Of a stretch of DNA of 64,000 nucleotides, positions 56,381 to 64,000 are shown piece after piece. This stretch comes from an uncultured Prevotella sp. Its GTDB lineage: Bacteria > Bacteroidota > Bacteroidia > Bacteroidales > Bacteroidaceae. The notes beneath the pieces are model-generated. The model was not told where the DNA came from. It worked only from the letters and a program-made list of their open reading frames with translations, and ran no database searches. The position numbers were made by a program, and so were the translations under genes. The stretch spans positions 17,193 to 81,192 of the forward strand of contig CALUFA010000004.1 in NCBI GenBank assembly GCA_944319795.1. The letters are read 5' to 3'. Position 1 is the stretch's first letter, and every line of letters begins with the position of its first letter.

Positions 56381-57178
56381 TTACAACCGGCCGAACACAC
56401 GCCTAACGTTGTCGTTAGTCGTGTCGGCAACTTCTTGCTCGCTTACGCCGTAACATTCGGCCAGGCGCTTCAGCACGTACAGTGTGAAGGCGCTTTCGTT
56501 GCGTTTACCGCGCATCGGCACCGGCGCCATGTAAGGCGAATCGGTCTCGAGAACAATGCGCGACAGCGGCACGGCGGCCGCCAACGTTTCAGGCAGGCGC
56601 GACTTCTTGAACGTCAGCACGCCGCCTATGCCGAGCATGAAGTTGTCAAACCTCAGCAGTTCGGCGGCCTCGCGCTCGTTACCCGTAAAGCAATGGAACA
56701 CACCTCCGGGCAATTCGCCCTCGTAACGGCGCAGCATGTTCACCATTTCGTTCTGCCCCTTGCGGCAGTGTATCATCAGCGGCAGGCGGTATTCAACCGA
56801 CCATCTTACCTGTTCCTCGAACGCCTCGAGCTGTTCTTGCTCGAATTCTCGGCTCCAATAATAGTCCAACCCTACTTCGCCGACGGCAATGAACGGGCTC
56901 GAAGGCTCGTCGAGCCGCGGCTTCATCCGTGCAAGCACGCTGCGCCAGTCGGCCTTCACCTCTTCAGGATGAAGCCCTATCATAGGGTAAGCGTAACCCG
57001 GGTAGCGGCCGCACACGGCCAAAACGCTATCGACCGACGGCAGGTCGACGGCCGGAATGAAAACCTTGCTTACACCTGCGGCCTTCGCCCGTGAGATTAC
57101 CTCGTCGCGGTCGTCGTCAAACTCGTGGCCGTCAAGATGCGTATGTGTGTCGATGAAAAACATGCTTGCGCTATTCAT
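56381..57178 (-). CDS. TatD family metal-dependent hydrolase
   Basis: 265 aa with FIDTHTHLD. An alternative start at MFFIDTH (57163) is possible. Confidence 0.9.
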   Translation of the reverse strand: MNSASMFFIDTHTHLDGHEFDDDRDEVISRAKAAGVSKVFIPAVDLPSVDSVLAVCGRYPGYAYPMIGLHPEEVKADWRSVLARMKPRLDEPSSPFIAVGEVGLDYYWSREFEQEQLEAFEEQVRWSVEYRLPLMIHCRKGQNEMVNMLRRYEGELPGGVFHCFTGNEREAAELLRFDNFMLGIGGVLTFKKSRLPETLAAAVPLSRIVLETDSPYMAPVPMRGKRNESAFTLYVLKRLAECYGVSEQEVADTTNDNVRRVFGRL

Positions 57179-57187
57179 GTTTGCTGA

Positions 57188-57886
57188 TTATTCATTATTC
57201 TTCTCGTTCTTCCTGTAATAATACACAACGCCGAACCTGCGGCATTGCTCCAATCTCTCGCCAGGCGGCTCGTCCCTGAAGTTTTCTTCAATCTGGTTCC
57301 ATAGTTCCAACAGTATTCCGTCCACCTCCGGACGAATCCGCTTGAGTGCGTCTTGGGCCTTCGCCGTGCGCTCTTGCAGGCTTTTCTGCTTATCGTAGCA
57401 ATCCTTGAAGATGTCGAGATGGGTGTTCACCATGCCAATCGTAGGGTTGTAAATCGGGCGTCCGCCCGATTTTACGCGCGCCATCTCCCCTTCTACTGCC
57501 AAGCGCCCCCATTTCAACAGGGCGCCGGCGGCCTTCATGTTCGGCAGCGACGACGCGTCCTCGGCAAGGCCGTACAGGCTTAAGGCCGACTTCTTTATCT
57601 CGCCGCGCTCCACAGCCATCATCAGCACTTGCAGGAAATGGCTGACATACATCGTTGCGTTGTGCTGCAGCTTGTCAATCTTTCCCGCTCCCCGCAACTG
57701 TGCCGAATATGACAGACGGTATTGTTCCGACGCCGTGAGCAGGCGGTCGTATGCAGGCTGGGCGCGGTTAATCACGTCCCAACTGATGAACCTGTTGCGT
57801 GCGGTATATATGTCGTTGTTGTCAAGCACGGTCTTAAGTGCTTTCAAACGTGCGGCGTCGGTTTTCGGTAATCGTCTGTATGGCAT
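57188..57886 (-). CDS. hypothetical protein (helical, no family recognised)
   Basis: 232 aa with coding-like composition. It lies 9 nt upstream of the tatD-like gene on the same strand. Confidence 0.5.
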   Translation of the reverse strand: MPYRRLPKTDAARLKALKTVLDNNDIYTARNRFISWDVINRAQPAYDRLLTASEQYRLSYSAQLRGAGKIDKLQHNATMYVSHFLQVLMMAVERGEIKKSALSLYGLAEDASSLPNMKAAGALLKWGRLAVEGEMARVKSGGRPIYNPTIGMVNTHLDIFKDCYDKQKSLQERTAKAQDALKRIRPEVDGILLELWNQIEENFRDEPPGERLEQCRRFGVVYYYRKNEKNNE

Positions 57887-57894
57887 ACTCTTTT

Positions 57895-58080
57895 AAGTAA
57901 GAATTAAGAGTTAGGAATTAAGGAAACATGCCCTTTTAAATTAAGGGTTAAGAGTTAAGAATTAAGAAAACATGACTTTTTAAATTAAGAATTAAGAGTT
58001 AAGAATTAAGAAAGATATGCCTTATCGTTCGACTACCGTACATTTTTCTTAATTCTTAACTCTTAACTCTTAATTCTTAT
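57895..58080. repeat. Family B word hairpin with a triplicated left arm
   Basis: Three direct copies of the aattaag(a/g)gttaagaattaagaaa arm are followed by one complementary arm, tttttcttaattcttaactcttaactcttaattctta. Confidence 0.75.
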
Positions 58081-59054
58081 CACTTTTCCCTTTTCATCAT
58101 TTTGTCGGTGTAAGCCGCCAAAACGGCCTTGCGTTCGTCGGCAACGTTGACGTCGGCAAGATACTTGCGGCTTTGCGCGAAGTAGTATTCAATCTTTTCT
58201 TCGGCCAAGCGTTTAATGCCTACTTGATTGTAAATGTCGGTTACAGCGGCTATTTTCTCCTTCGGGTCAAACTGCTTTGCCGTAACCCATTTCAGCAGTT
58301 CGCCGCGCTGTACGCCGTCGGCGCGGTTGAAAGCGTTGATGAGCATGTATGTCTTCTTATTGCAAAGTATGTCGCCGCCGATAGCCTTGCCGAACACGGC
58401 CGGGTCGCCGTAAACGTCGAGATAGTCGTCTTGCAGCTGGAAAGCGAGTCCCATTTGCTCGCCGAACTTATAAAGGTTGTCGGCATCGGCGGCAGGAGCG
58501 TCGGCAAGAATAGCGCCGATTTTTAACGAGCAAGCAAGCAAGACGCTCGTCTTCAATCGTATCATCTCGATGTATTCTTCTTCCTTCACGTCGGTGCGCG
58601 TCTCGAAGTCCATGTCGTATTGCTGTCCTTCGCCTATTTCAAGCGACGTTTCCGTGAAGAGGTCGAGCACGGGTTTCAGCTTATCTCCGGGGCATTGCAT
58701 CATGCGTTGGAAGGCCAATACGAGCATGCTGTCGCCCGAGAGTATGGCCGTGTTGGCGTCCCATTTTACATGTACGGTCTGCATTCCGCGCCTCATGTCG
58801 GCGTTGTCCATCAGGTCGTCGTGCAAAAGCGTATAGTTGTGGTAAGTCTCTATCGCGCATGCTTGCGGCATTATGCTTTCGGGGTCGTCCTTGAACATGT
58901 TGTAAGCCATGAGCATCAGCGACGGCCTGATGCGCTTTCCGCCCATTGACAATACGTATTTCACAGGTTCGTAAAGGCTTTGCGGCTCTCGAGTGTACGG
59001 CAGATTATCAAGATACGAATTGAATTTCCCAAGAATTTCTTTTGCTGTCAACAT
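58080..59054 (-). CDS. polyprenyl diphosphate synthase family protein
   Basis: 324 aa with the LLHDDLMDNADMRRG (FARM) and QLQDDYLD (SARM) motifs. Confidence 0.9.
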   Translation of the reverse strand: MLTAKEILGKFNSYLDNLPYTREPQSLYEPVKYVLSMGGKRIRPSLMLMAYNMFKDDPESIMPQACAIETYHNYTLLHDDLMDNADMRRGMQTVHVKWDANTAILSGDSMLVLAFQRMMQCPGDKLKPVLDLFTETSLEIGEGQQYDMDFETRTDVKEEEYIEMIRLKTSVLLACSLKIGAILADAPAADADNLYKFGEQMGLAFQLQDDYLDVYGDPAVFGKAIGGDILCNKKTYMLINAFNRADGVQRGELLKWVTAKQFDPKEKIAAVTDIYNQVGIKRLAEEKIEYYFAQSRKYLADVNVADERKAVLAAYTDKMMKREK

Positions 59055-59092
59055 AGTGTTCAGGATTTTGTAGATGTTGGTTTATAAATAGG

Positions 59093-59815
59093 TTACAATT
59101 TAAATACTATCGGAATGCAGAAATACGTGCGGCACGGCTGCCCCTTGTCCTTGCCCGGTTCCCATTTCGGCATCAGCTTGAGCACCCGCAATGCCTCGCG
59201 GTCAAACTCGGCTCCGGCCGACTTCACCACCTTGTAGGCCGTCGTTGTGCCGTCCTTGTTGATTATGAACGATACGAGCACCGTGCCTTGCTTCTTTGCG
59301 CGCTGTGCCGAAACCGGATACTTTAGATTCTTCGTCAGCCATTGTACGAACTCTGACATGCCGCCCGGAAACTCCGGCAGCTGCTCTACCACCTTGAAGT
59401 TCAAGGGGTTGTCATCTGTTGCCGTATCTACCGTTACGAGCGATATGGGCGTATTGGCAATGTCGGCAACCCCGCCTATGCCCACCCCCAGCAGGCTCTT
59501 CAGGTTGTCGTCGGTAAGCAGTTTGTCTGCCGCTACGTTTTCAACCGGGTTGTCTACCACGTTCAGTTTGCCGGCTGAAGCATCCGCACGGTTTCCAGCC
59601 TGCGCGGCAATCATGTCGTCGCGGTGTATGACGGGAGTCATCTCGATGTCTTGCGAAATATCGTCAAGTATGTCGTCGTCGGCCTCGGGCATGCCGCCCT
59701 GCGTGGTAAATTCAAGCGCGGCGACGAACAGTGACAGCACGACGACCAGTCCCGTCAGGAAGCCTGACGCCCTGTGCCTGTCCAAATCAACCTTGTATGA
59801 TTTCTTTACGTCCAC
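59093..59815 (-). CDS. tonB: energy transducer TonB
   Basis: 240 aa with an N-terminal transmembrane segment and the C-terminal domain PEFPGGMSEFVQWLTKNLKYP..GTVLVSFIINKDG. Confidence 0.8.
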   Translation of the reverse strand: MDVKKSYKVDLDRHRASGFLTGLVVVLSLFVAALEFTTQGGMPEADDDILDDISQDIEMTPVIHRDDMIAAQAGNRADASAGKLNVVDNPVENVAADKLLTDDNLKSLLGVGIGGVADIANTPISLVTVDTATDDNPLNFKVVEQLPEFPGGMSEFVQWLTKNLKYPVSAQRAKKQGTVLVSFIINKDGTTTAYKVVKSAGAEFDREALRVLKLMPKWEPGKDKGQPCRTYFCIPIVFKL

Positions 59816-59947
59816 TTACAGCGATGAGAATTAATACCTTCGGGCCTGCAACATACTAATTCGCCGTTTTCTGCGTTATATCAAAAACAAGCGTGCGAGA
59901 CATCCTTTTTCACTATGCAAAAGTAACTCAGATATTTGAAAAAGATG

Positions 59948-59955
59948 TATCTTTG
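59948..59955 (+). promoter_or_regulatory. -7 box TATCTTTG upstream of the porQ-like gene
   Basis: Lies 22 nt before the ATG at 59977. Confidence 0.5.
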
Positions 59956-59976
59956 CGGTAAAAATAACTGATTTAA

Positions 59977-60924
59977 ATGAAAAAAACCGTTTTTTCGTTC
60001 CTGCTGGCGCTACTCGCCGCCGCCGGTTACGCCCAGGAAAGCCAGACGGCTTACAACTTCCTGCGCCTGCCGGTAAGCGCGCATGCGGCTGCCCTCGGCG
60101 GCGACAACATCACCATCATAGAAGACGATGCTTCACTGATGTTCGGCAATCCTGCCCTTCTTGCATCCGTAAGCGACAGGAGCATAAACCTTAACTTCAT
60201 GACTTACATGGCCGGGGCCACTACTGCGAGCGCCTCGTTCAACCGTATCGTCAGGCAGAAGGCGTCGGTGGCGGTAACGGCGCAATACATGGATTACGGT
60301 AAGATGAAGGAGGTTGACCAAAACAACGTGCAGACGGGAGAGTTTTCGGCCAAGGACATAGCCGTAAGCGGAGTGTTCAGCTACATCCTCGGCGAGAGGA
60401 TCGTAGGCGGAATATCGGCCAAGGTCATTAATTCATACATTGGCAATTACAGCTCTTGGGCGGTCGGGGTCGACCTCGGACTGAACTATTACGACCCCGA
60501 CAAGGAATGGTCGGTATCGCTCGTGGCGAGGAATCTCGGAGGACAACTCAAGGCTTTCGACGACGAATACGAGCGAATGCCGCTCGACTTGCAGGCCGGA
60601 GTGAGCAAGAAGTTCGCCGCGTTGCCGTTCCGCGTGTCGGCAACGTTGGTGAACCTGAACAACTGGGACACAAAGTTCATCAACCACCTCGTGGCCGGCG
60701 TAGACATCATACTGTCGCAGCAGTTTTACGTGGCGGCCGGTTACAACTTCAGGCGGGCTGACGAAATGACGCTGCTGCGCGGCACCGACGACGAGAGCAA
60801 CCACATGGCCGGACTGTCGTTCGGCGGCGGATTGCAGCTCGAACGCTTCAAGCTGCAGCTGGCCTACGGCAAATACCACGTATCGTCAAGCTCGCTTTTA
60901 GTGAACGTAAGTTACAGTCTGTAA
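59977..60924 (+). CDS. porQ: type IX secretion system PorQ-family outer membrane protein
   Basis: 315 aa with a signal peptide. The segment YNFLRLPVSAHAAALGGDNI is typical of the PorQ/PorV-like beta-barrel family. Confidence 0.7.
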   Translation: MKKTVFSFLLALLAAAGYAQESQTAYNFLRLPVSAHAAALGGDNITIIEDDASLMFGNPALLASVSDRSINLNFMTYMAGATTASASFNRIVRQKASVAVTAQYMDYGKMKEVDQNNVQTGEFSAKDIAVSGVFSYILGERIVGGISAKVINSYIGNYSSWAVGVDLGLNYYDPDKEWSVSLVARNLGGQLKAFDDEYERMPLDLQAGVSKKFAALPFRVSATLVNLNNWDTKFINHLVAGVDIILSQQFYVAAGYNFRRADEMTLLRGTDDESNHMAGLSFGGGLQLERFKLQLAYGKYHVSSSSLLVNVSYSL

Positions 60925-60973
60925 GCCGCATACCATCCGACAACCTTGAATTTCCTGATTAAATAATTAAACG

Positions 60974-61666
60974 ATGAGAAAGATCACCATAGCAATCGAC
61001 GGCTTTTCGTCGTGCGGCAAGAGCACAATGGCTAAGGACCTTGCACGCGAGATAGGTTACGTATATGTCGACACGGGCGCCATGTACCGTGCAGTTACGC
61101 TGTTCGCCATGCGCAACAACATGTTCGGCCCAGACGGAACGGTGAACGCTGACGAGCTGAAAGCCCGCATGGACGACATCCGCATATCGTTCAAGCTGAA
61201 CGTGGCAACGGGGCGCCCCGACACGTATCTCAACGGGACGCTTGTAGAAAACGAAATCCGTTCGATAGAAGTTTCCAACAAGGTAAGCCCGGTTTCGGCC
61301 CTGCCTTTCGTCCGCGAGGCGCTTGTAAGGCAACAACAGGTCATGGGAAAGGACAAGGGCGTGGTAATGGACGGCCGAGACATCGGCACCACCGTGTTTC
61401 CCGACGCCGAGCTGAAAGTGTTCGTAACGGCGTCGGCCGAGGTCCGCGCCCGAAGGCGTTACGACGAGCTGAAGGCCAAAGGCATGGAGGCCGACTTCGA
61501 CGAGATACTTAAAAACGTGAAGGAGCGCGACTACATAGACTCCCACCGTGAGGTGTCGCCGCTGCGCAAGGCGGCCGACGCCGTAGAGCTTGACAACAGC
61601 CTGATGACGATAAACGAGCAGAAGGCGTGGCTTATGGAGCAGTACAAGCGCGCGGCCGGTGCTTGA
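60974..61666 (+). CDS. cmk: (d)CMP kinase
   Basis: 230 aa with [13 protein letters not shown] and [10 protein letters not shown]. Confidence 0.95.
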   Translation: MRKITIAIDGFSSCGKSTMAKDLAREIGYVYVDTGAMYRAVTLFAMRNNMFGPDGTVNADELKARMDDIRISFKLNVATGRPDTYLNGTLVENEIRSIEVSNKVSPVSALPFVREALVRQQQVMGKDKGVVMDGRDIGTTVFPDAELKVFVTASAEVRARRRYDELKAKGMEADFDEILKNVKERDYIDSHREVSPLRKAADAVELDNSLMTINEQKAWLMEQYKRAAGA

Positions 61667-61667
61667 C

Positions 61668-61765
61668 GCATTTGCAAAAGGTGGCCTTTCGCCTTGTGAA
61701 AGGTAACCTTTTACGCGCTGAAAGACGGCATTTTGCATTGCAATTTGCCGTCTTTTGTTTTCCCG
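61668..61765. repeat. Family A nested-palindrome array (degenerate)
   Basis: Sequence gcaaaaggtggcctttc..gaaaggtaacctttta..gaaagacggcattttgcattgcaatttgccgtctttt. Confidence 0.6.
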
Positions 61766-61934
61766 TGTTTCAGCTTAGGCTGTTTTGTTTTTAACCGCCT
61801 AATCCTGTAGTACTTACGTTTGCACAATTTATAACGCAAGTTTTTCCGCCCGAAGCATGGCCTTTCCCCGTTATTTTGTACTTTTGCATCGTACAACATT
61901 GCAGGTTATCACGCTGCAAGAGATTATAAGCATT

Positions 61935-62672
61935 ATGAAAATAGGACTGTTTATTCCATGCTACGTCGACGCCCTTTATCCCGAAGTGGGCGTAGCGGCA
62001 TACAAGTTGCTGAAGCATTTGCAGGTCGACGTAACTTACCCCATGCACCAAACGTGCTGCGGCCAGCCGATGGCCAATGCCGGATTCGAGAGCAAGGCCG
62101 TACCCTTGGCCGGGCGCTTCGACGACATGTTCAAGGGTTTCGACTACGTAGTGGCTCCCTCGGCGAGTTGCGCCGCCTTCGTAAGGCTCAACCATCCGAG
62201 GCTGTTGGAAGGCAAGCGGAGGTGCGAGGCGGCCGAAAAGACGATGGACTTATGCGAGTTCCTGCACGACGTACTGAAAGTTAAGTCGCTGCCGGGCCGG
62301 TTTCCCCACAAGGTGAGCCTGCACAACTCGTGCCACGGAGTGCGCGAGCTGGGCCTCTCGTCGCCGAGCGAGCGCAACGTTCCGCGCTACAACAAGATAA
62401 AGGATTTGCTTGCGCTCGTCGACGGGGTGACCGTCGTCGAACCCGAGCGCGTAGACGAATGCTGCGGATTCGGCGGCATGTTCTCGATAGAAGAGCCGGC
62501 GGTGTCGGCACGCATGGGTGCCGACAAGTTGGCAAGGCACATGGCCACAGGTGCCGAATACGTTACGGGGCCCGACAGTTCGTGCCTCATGCATCTTGAG
62601 GGAGTGGCCAAACGCCTTAAGAAAGACATAAAATTCATTCACGTTGTACAAATCTTAGCGGCAGGATTATGA
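61935..62672 (+). CDS. lutA: lactate utilization protein A ((Fe-S)-binding, CCG domains)
   Basis: The likely start is MKIGLFIPCYVDALYPEVG. Two CCG motifs are present (QTCCGQP, ECCGFGG). Confidence 0.85.
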   Translation: MKIGLFIPCYVDALYPEVGVAAYKLLKHLQVDVTYPMHQTCCGQPMANAGFESKAVPLAGRFDDMFKGFDYVVAPSASCAAFVRLNHPRLLEGKRRCEAAEKTMDLCEFLHDVLKVKSLPGRFPHKVSLHNSCHGVRELGLSSPSERNVPRYNKIKDLLALVDGVTVVEPERVDECCGFGGMFSIEEPAVSARMGADKLARHMATGAEYVTGPDSSCLMHLEGVAKRLKKDIKFIHVVQILAAGL

Positions 62673-64000
62673 GCACACTACATTCAAAAGCAGCACAAAA
62701 GTTCTTGGAAACCAACAAAAACGCAGCCTGGCACGACGACACATTTTGGTCGCTCCGCGCCAAGCGCGACGACATGGCCATGAGCCTTGACGAATGGGAA
62801 CAACTGCGCGACACGGCAAGCGCCATAAAACGCCACACCGTGACGCATCTCGACAAGTACCTCGAGCGGTTCGCCGACAGCGCCGAACGCAACGGCGTGA
62901 AGGTGCACTGGGCGAAAGACGCGGCCGAGTTCAACTCAATCGTGTTGTCGATCCTCTACGAACGGGGCGTAAGCAAGCTCGTTAAAAGCAAGTCGATGCT
63001 GACCGAAGAGTGCGGCATGAACCCCTATCTCGAAAGCCACGGCATAGATGTGGTTGAGACAGACTTGGGCGAACGCATCCTGCAACTTATGCACGAGAAG
63101 CCCTGCCACATAGTGGTGCCTGCCGTACACATAAAGCAGGAAGATGTCGGCCGCCTGTTCGAGGAGAAGCTCGGCAGCGAAAAAGGCAACTACGACCCCA
63201 CCTACCTTACCTACCAGGCACGCCTCAGCCTGCGCAACGAGTTCGTAACGGCCGGCGCAGGCATGACCGGAGCCAACTTCGGCGTGGCCGAAACGGGCGA
63301 CGTGGTGGTGTGCACCAACGAGGGCAACGCCGACATGTCTACATCCGTACCCAAGCTGCACATCGTGGCGATGGGCATCGAGAAGGTGATACCCGACTAC
63401 CGTTCGCTGGCCGTGTTCCAGCGCCTGCTGTGCCGTGCGGCCACCGGGCAGCCCACAACTACGTTCACATCGCACTTCCGCAAGCCGCGGCCGGGCGGCG
63501 AGATGCACATCGTGCTCGTAGACAACGGCCGCAGCGACATCATCGCCGACCCCGGACATTGGGAGACACTGAAGTGCATACGCTGCGGCTCTTGCATGAA
63601 CACATGTCCCGTCTACCGGCGCAGCGGAGGCTATTCATACACATATTTCATACCCGGCCCTATCGGCATAAACCTCGGAATGCTTAAGGACGCCGCCCGA
63701 TACTCAGACAACGTAAGCGCATGCACACTGTGCTGCTCGTGCGACAACGTATGTCCGGTGAAGGTGAACCTATCCGAACAGATATACCGTTGGCGGCAAC
63801 AGCTCGACCCGCTCGGCAAGGCCGACCCCGTTAAGAAGGCCATGTCAATGGGCATGAAATACCTGTTCGGCCACCCGGCGCTTTACGATACGGCGCTTAA
63901 GTTCGCCCCGATAGCCAACCATCTGCCGCGCGCGCTGGTTTACAACAAGCTGAACGGATGGGGCTACGGCCACGAAATGCCAGTGTTCAAGAAGAAACCG
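62669..64000 (+). CDS. lutB: lactate utilization protein B (4Fe-4S, LUD domain); 3' end outside the window
   Basis: My own translation from the ATG at 62669 (overlapping the lutA stop) gives MSTLHSKAAQKFLE... The frame stays open to 64000 (444 codons). The ferredoxin motif CIRCGSCMNTCPVY and a second Cys cluster, CTLCCSCDNVCP, are present. Confidence 0.85.
   Translation, partial: MSTLHSKAAQKFLETNKNAAWHDDTFWSLRAKRDDMAMSLDEWEQLRDTASAIKRHTVTHLDKYLERFADSAERNGVKVHWAKDAAEFNSIVLSILYERGVSKLVKSKSMLTEECGMNPYLESHGIDVVETDLGERILQLMHEKPCHIVVPAVHIKQEDVGRLFEEKLGSEKGNYDPTYLTYQARLSLRNEFVTAGAGMTGANFGVAETGDVVVCTNEGNADMSTSVPKLHIVAMGIEKVIPDYRSLAVFQRLLCRAATGQPTTTFTSHFRKPRPGGEMHIVLVDNGRSDIIADPGHWETLKCIRCGSCMNTCPVYRRSGGYSYTYFIPGPIGINLGMLKDAARYSDNVSACTLCCSCDNVCPVKVNLSEQIYRWRQQLDPLGKADPVKKAMSMGMKYLFGHPALYDTALKFAPIANHLPRALVYNKLNGWGYGHEMPVFKKKP

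Noticed and set aside
1-64000. A prophage, ICE, polysaccharide utilisation locus with SusC/SusD, or a defence island.
   Set aside because: There are no integrase, transposase, capsid, SusC/SusD, restriction-modification, Cas, retron or similar genes among the translated ORFs. Gene content is core metabolism and envelope functions.

Overview
This window looks like a gene-dense chromosomal segment from a relatively GC-rich member of the Bacteroidales. The exact genus cannot be determined from the sequence alone. Supporting evidence: a PorQ-like T9SS gene, an ExbB/ExbD/TonB layout, DUF1573, DUF5703 and PepSY-like proteins, and Bacteroides-type TAnnTTTG -7 promoter boxes. Most genes are housekeeping or glycan/envelope functions: trmB, ilvE, xseAB, thyA-folA, purT, xpt, ispH, cmk, topB, meaB, tnaA, lutAB, a GH78 rhamnosidase plus a DUF5703-type hydrolase, a thioester-less alpha-2-macroglobulin, and two tRNAs. 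I found no CRISPR array, transposase, integrase, prophage or recognisable defence operon. I cannot point to a convincing novel protein-coding system. The unusual content is non-coding. Nearly every intergenic gap is filled by one of six repeat families, named here as follows. (A) Arrays of nested AAAAGGNNNCCTTTT palindromes, 8 copies. (B) Long hairpins built from 7-nt TTAAGAR words. (C) Hairpins built from about 11-nt ACGGTTATA-type words. (D) Hairpins built from 8-nt CAGACAAG words with a conserved apical loop. (E) A tandemly duplicated cassette combining a hairpin with a complete -33/-7 promoter. (F) A MITE-like nested palindrome, one copy of which sits inside an E array with an apparent target-site duplication. 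One B-type word block sits in frame inside a glycoside hydrolase gene. Smaller items: a frameshifted TlpA-like gene, an AT-rich VapC toxin island, an fdtA/Fem-like/fdtB amino-sugar cassette, and a two-component system with two PepSY-like genes. Family assignments come from reading the translated ORFs from memory of protein families, not from database searches.
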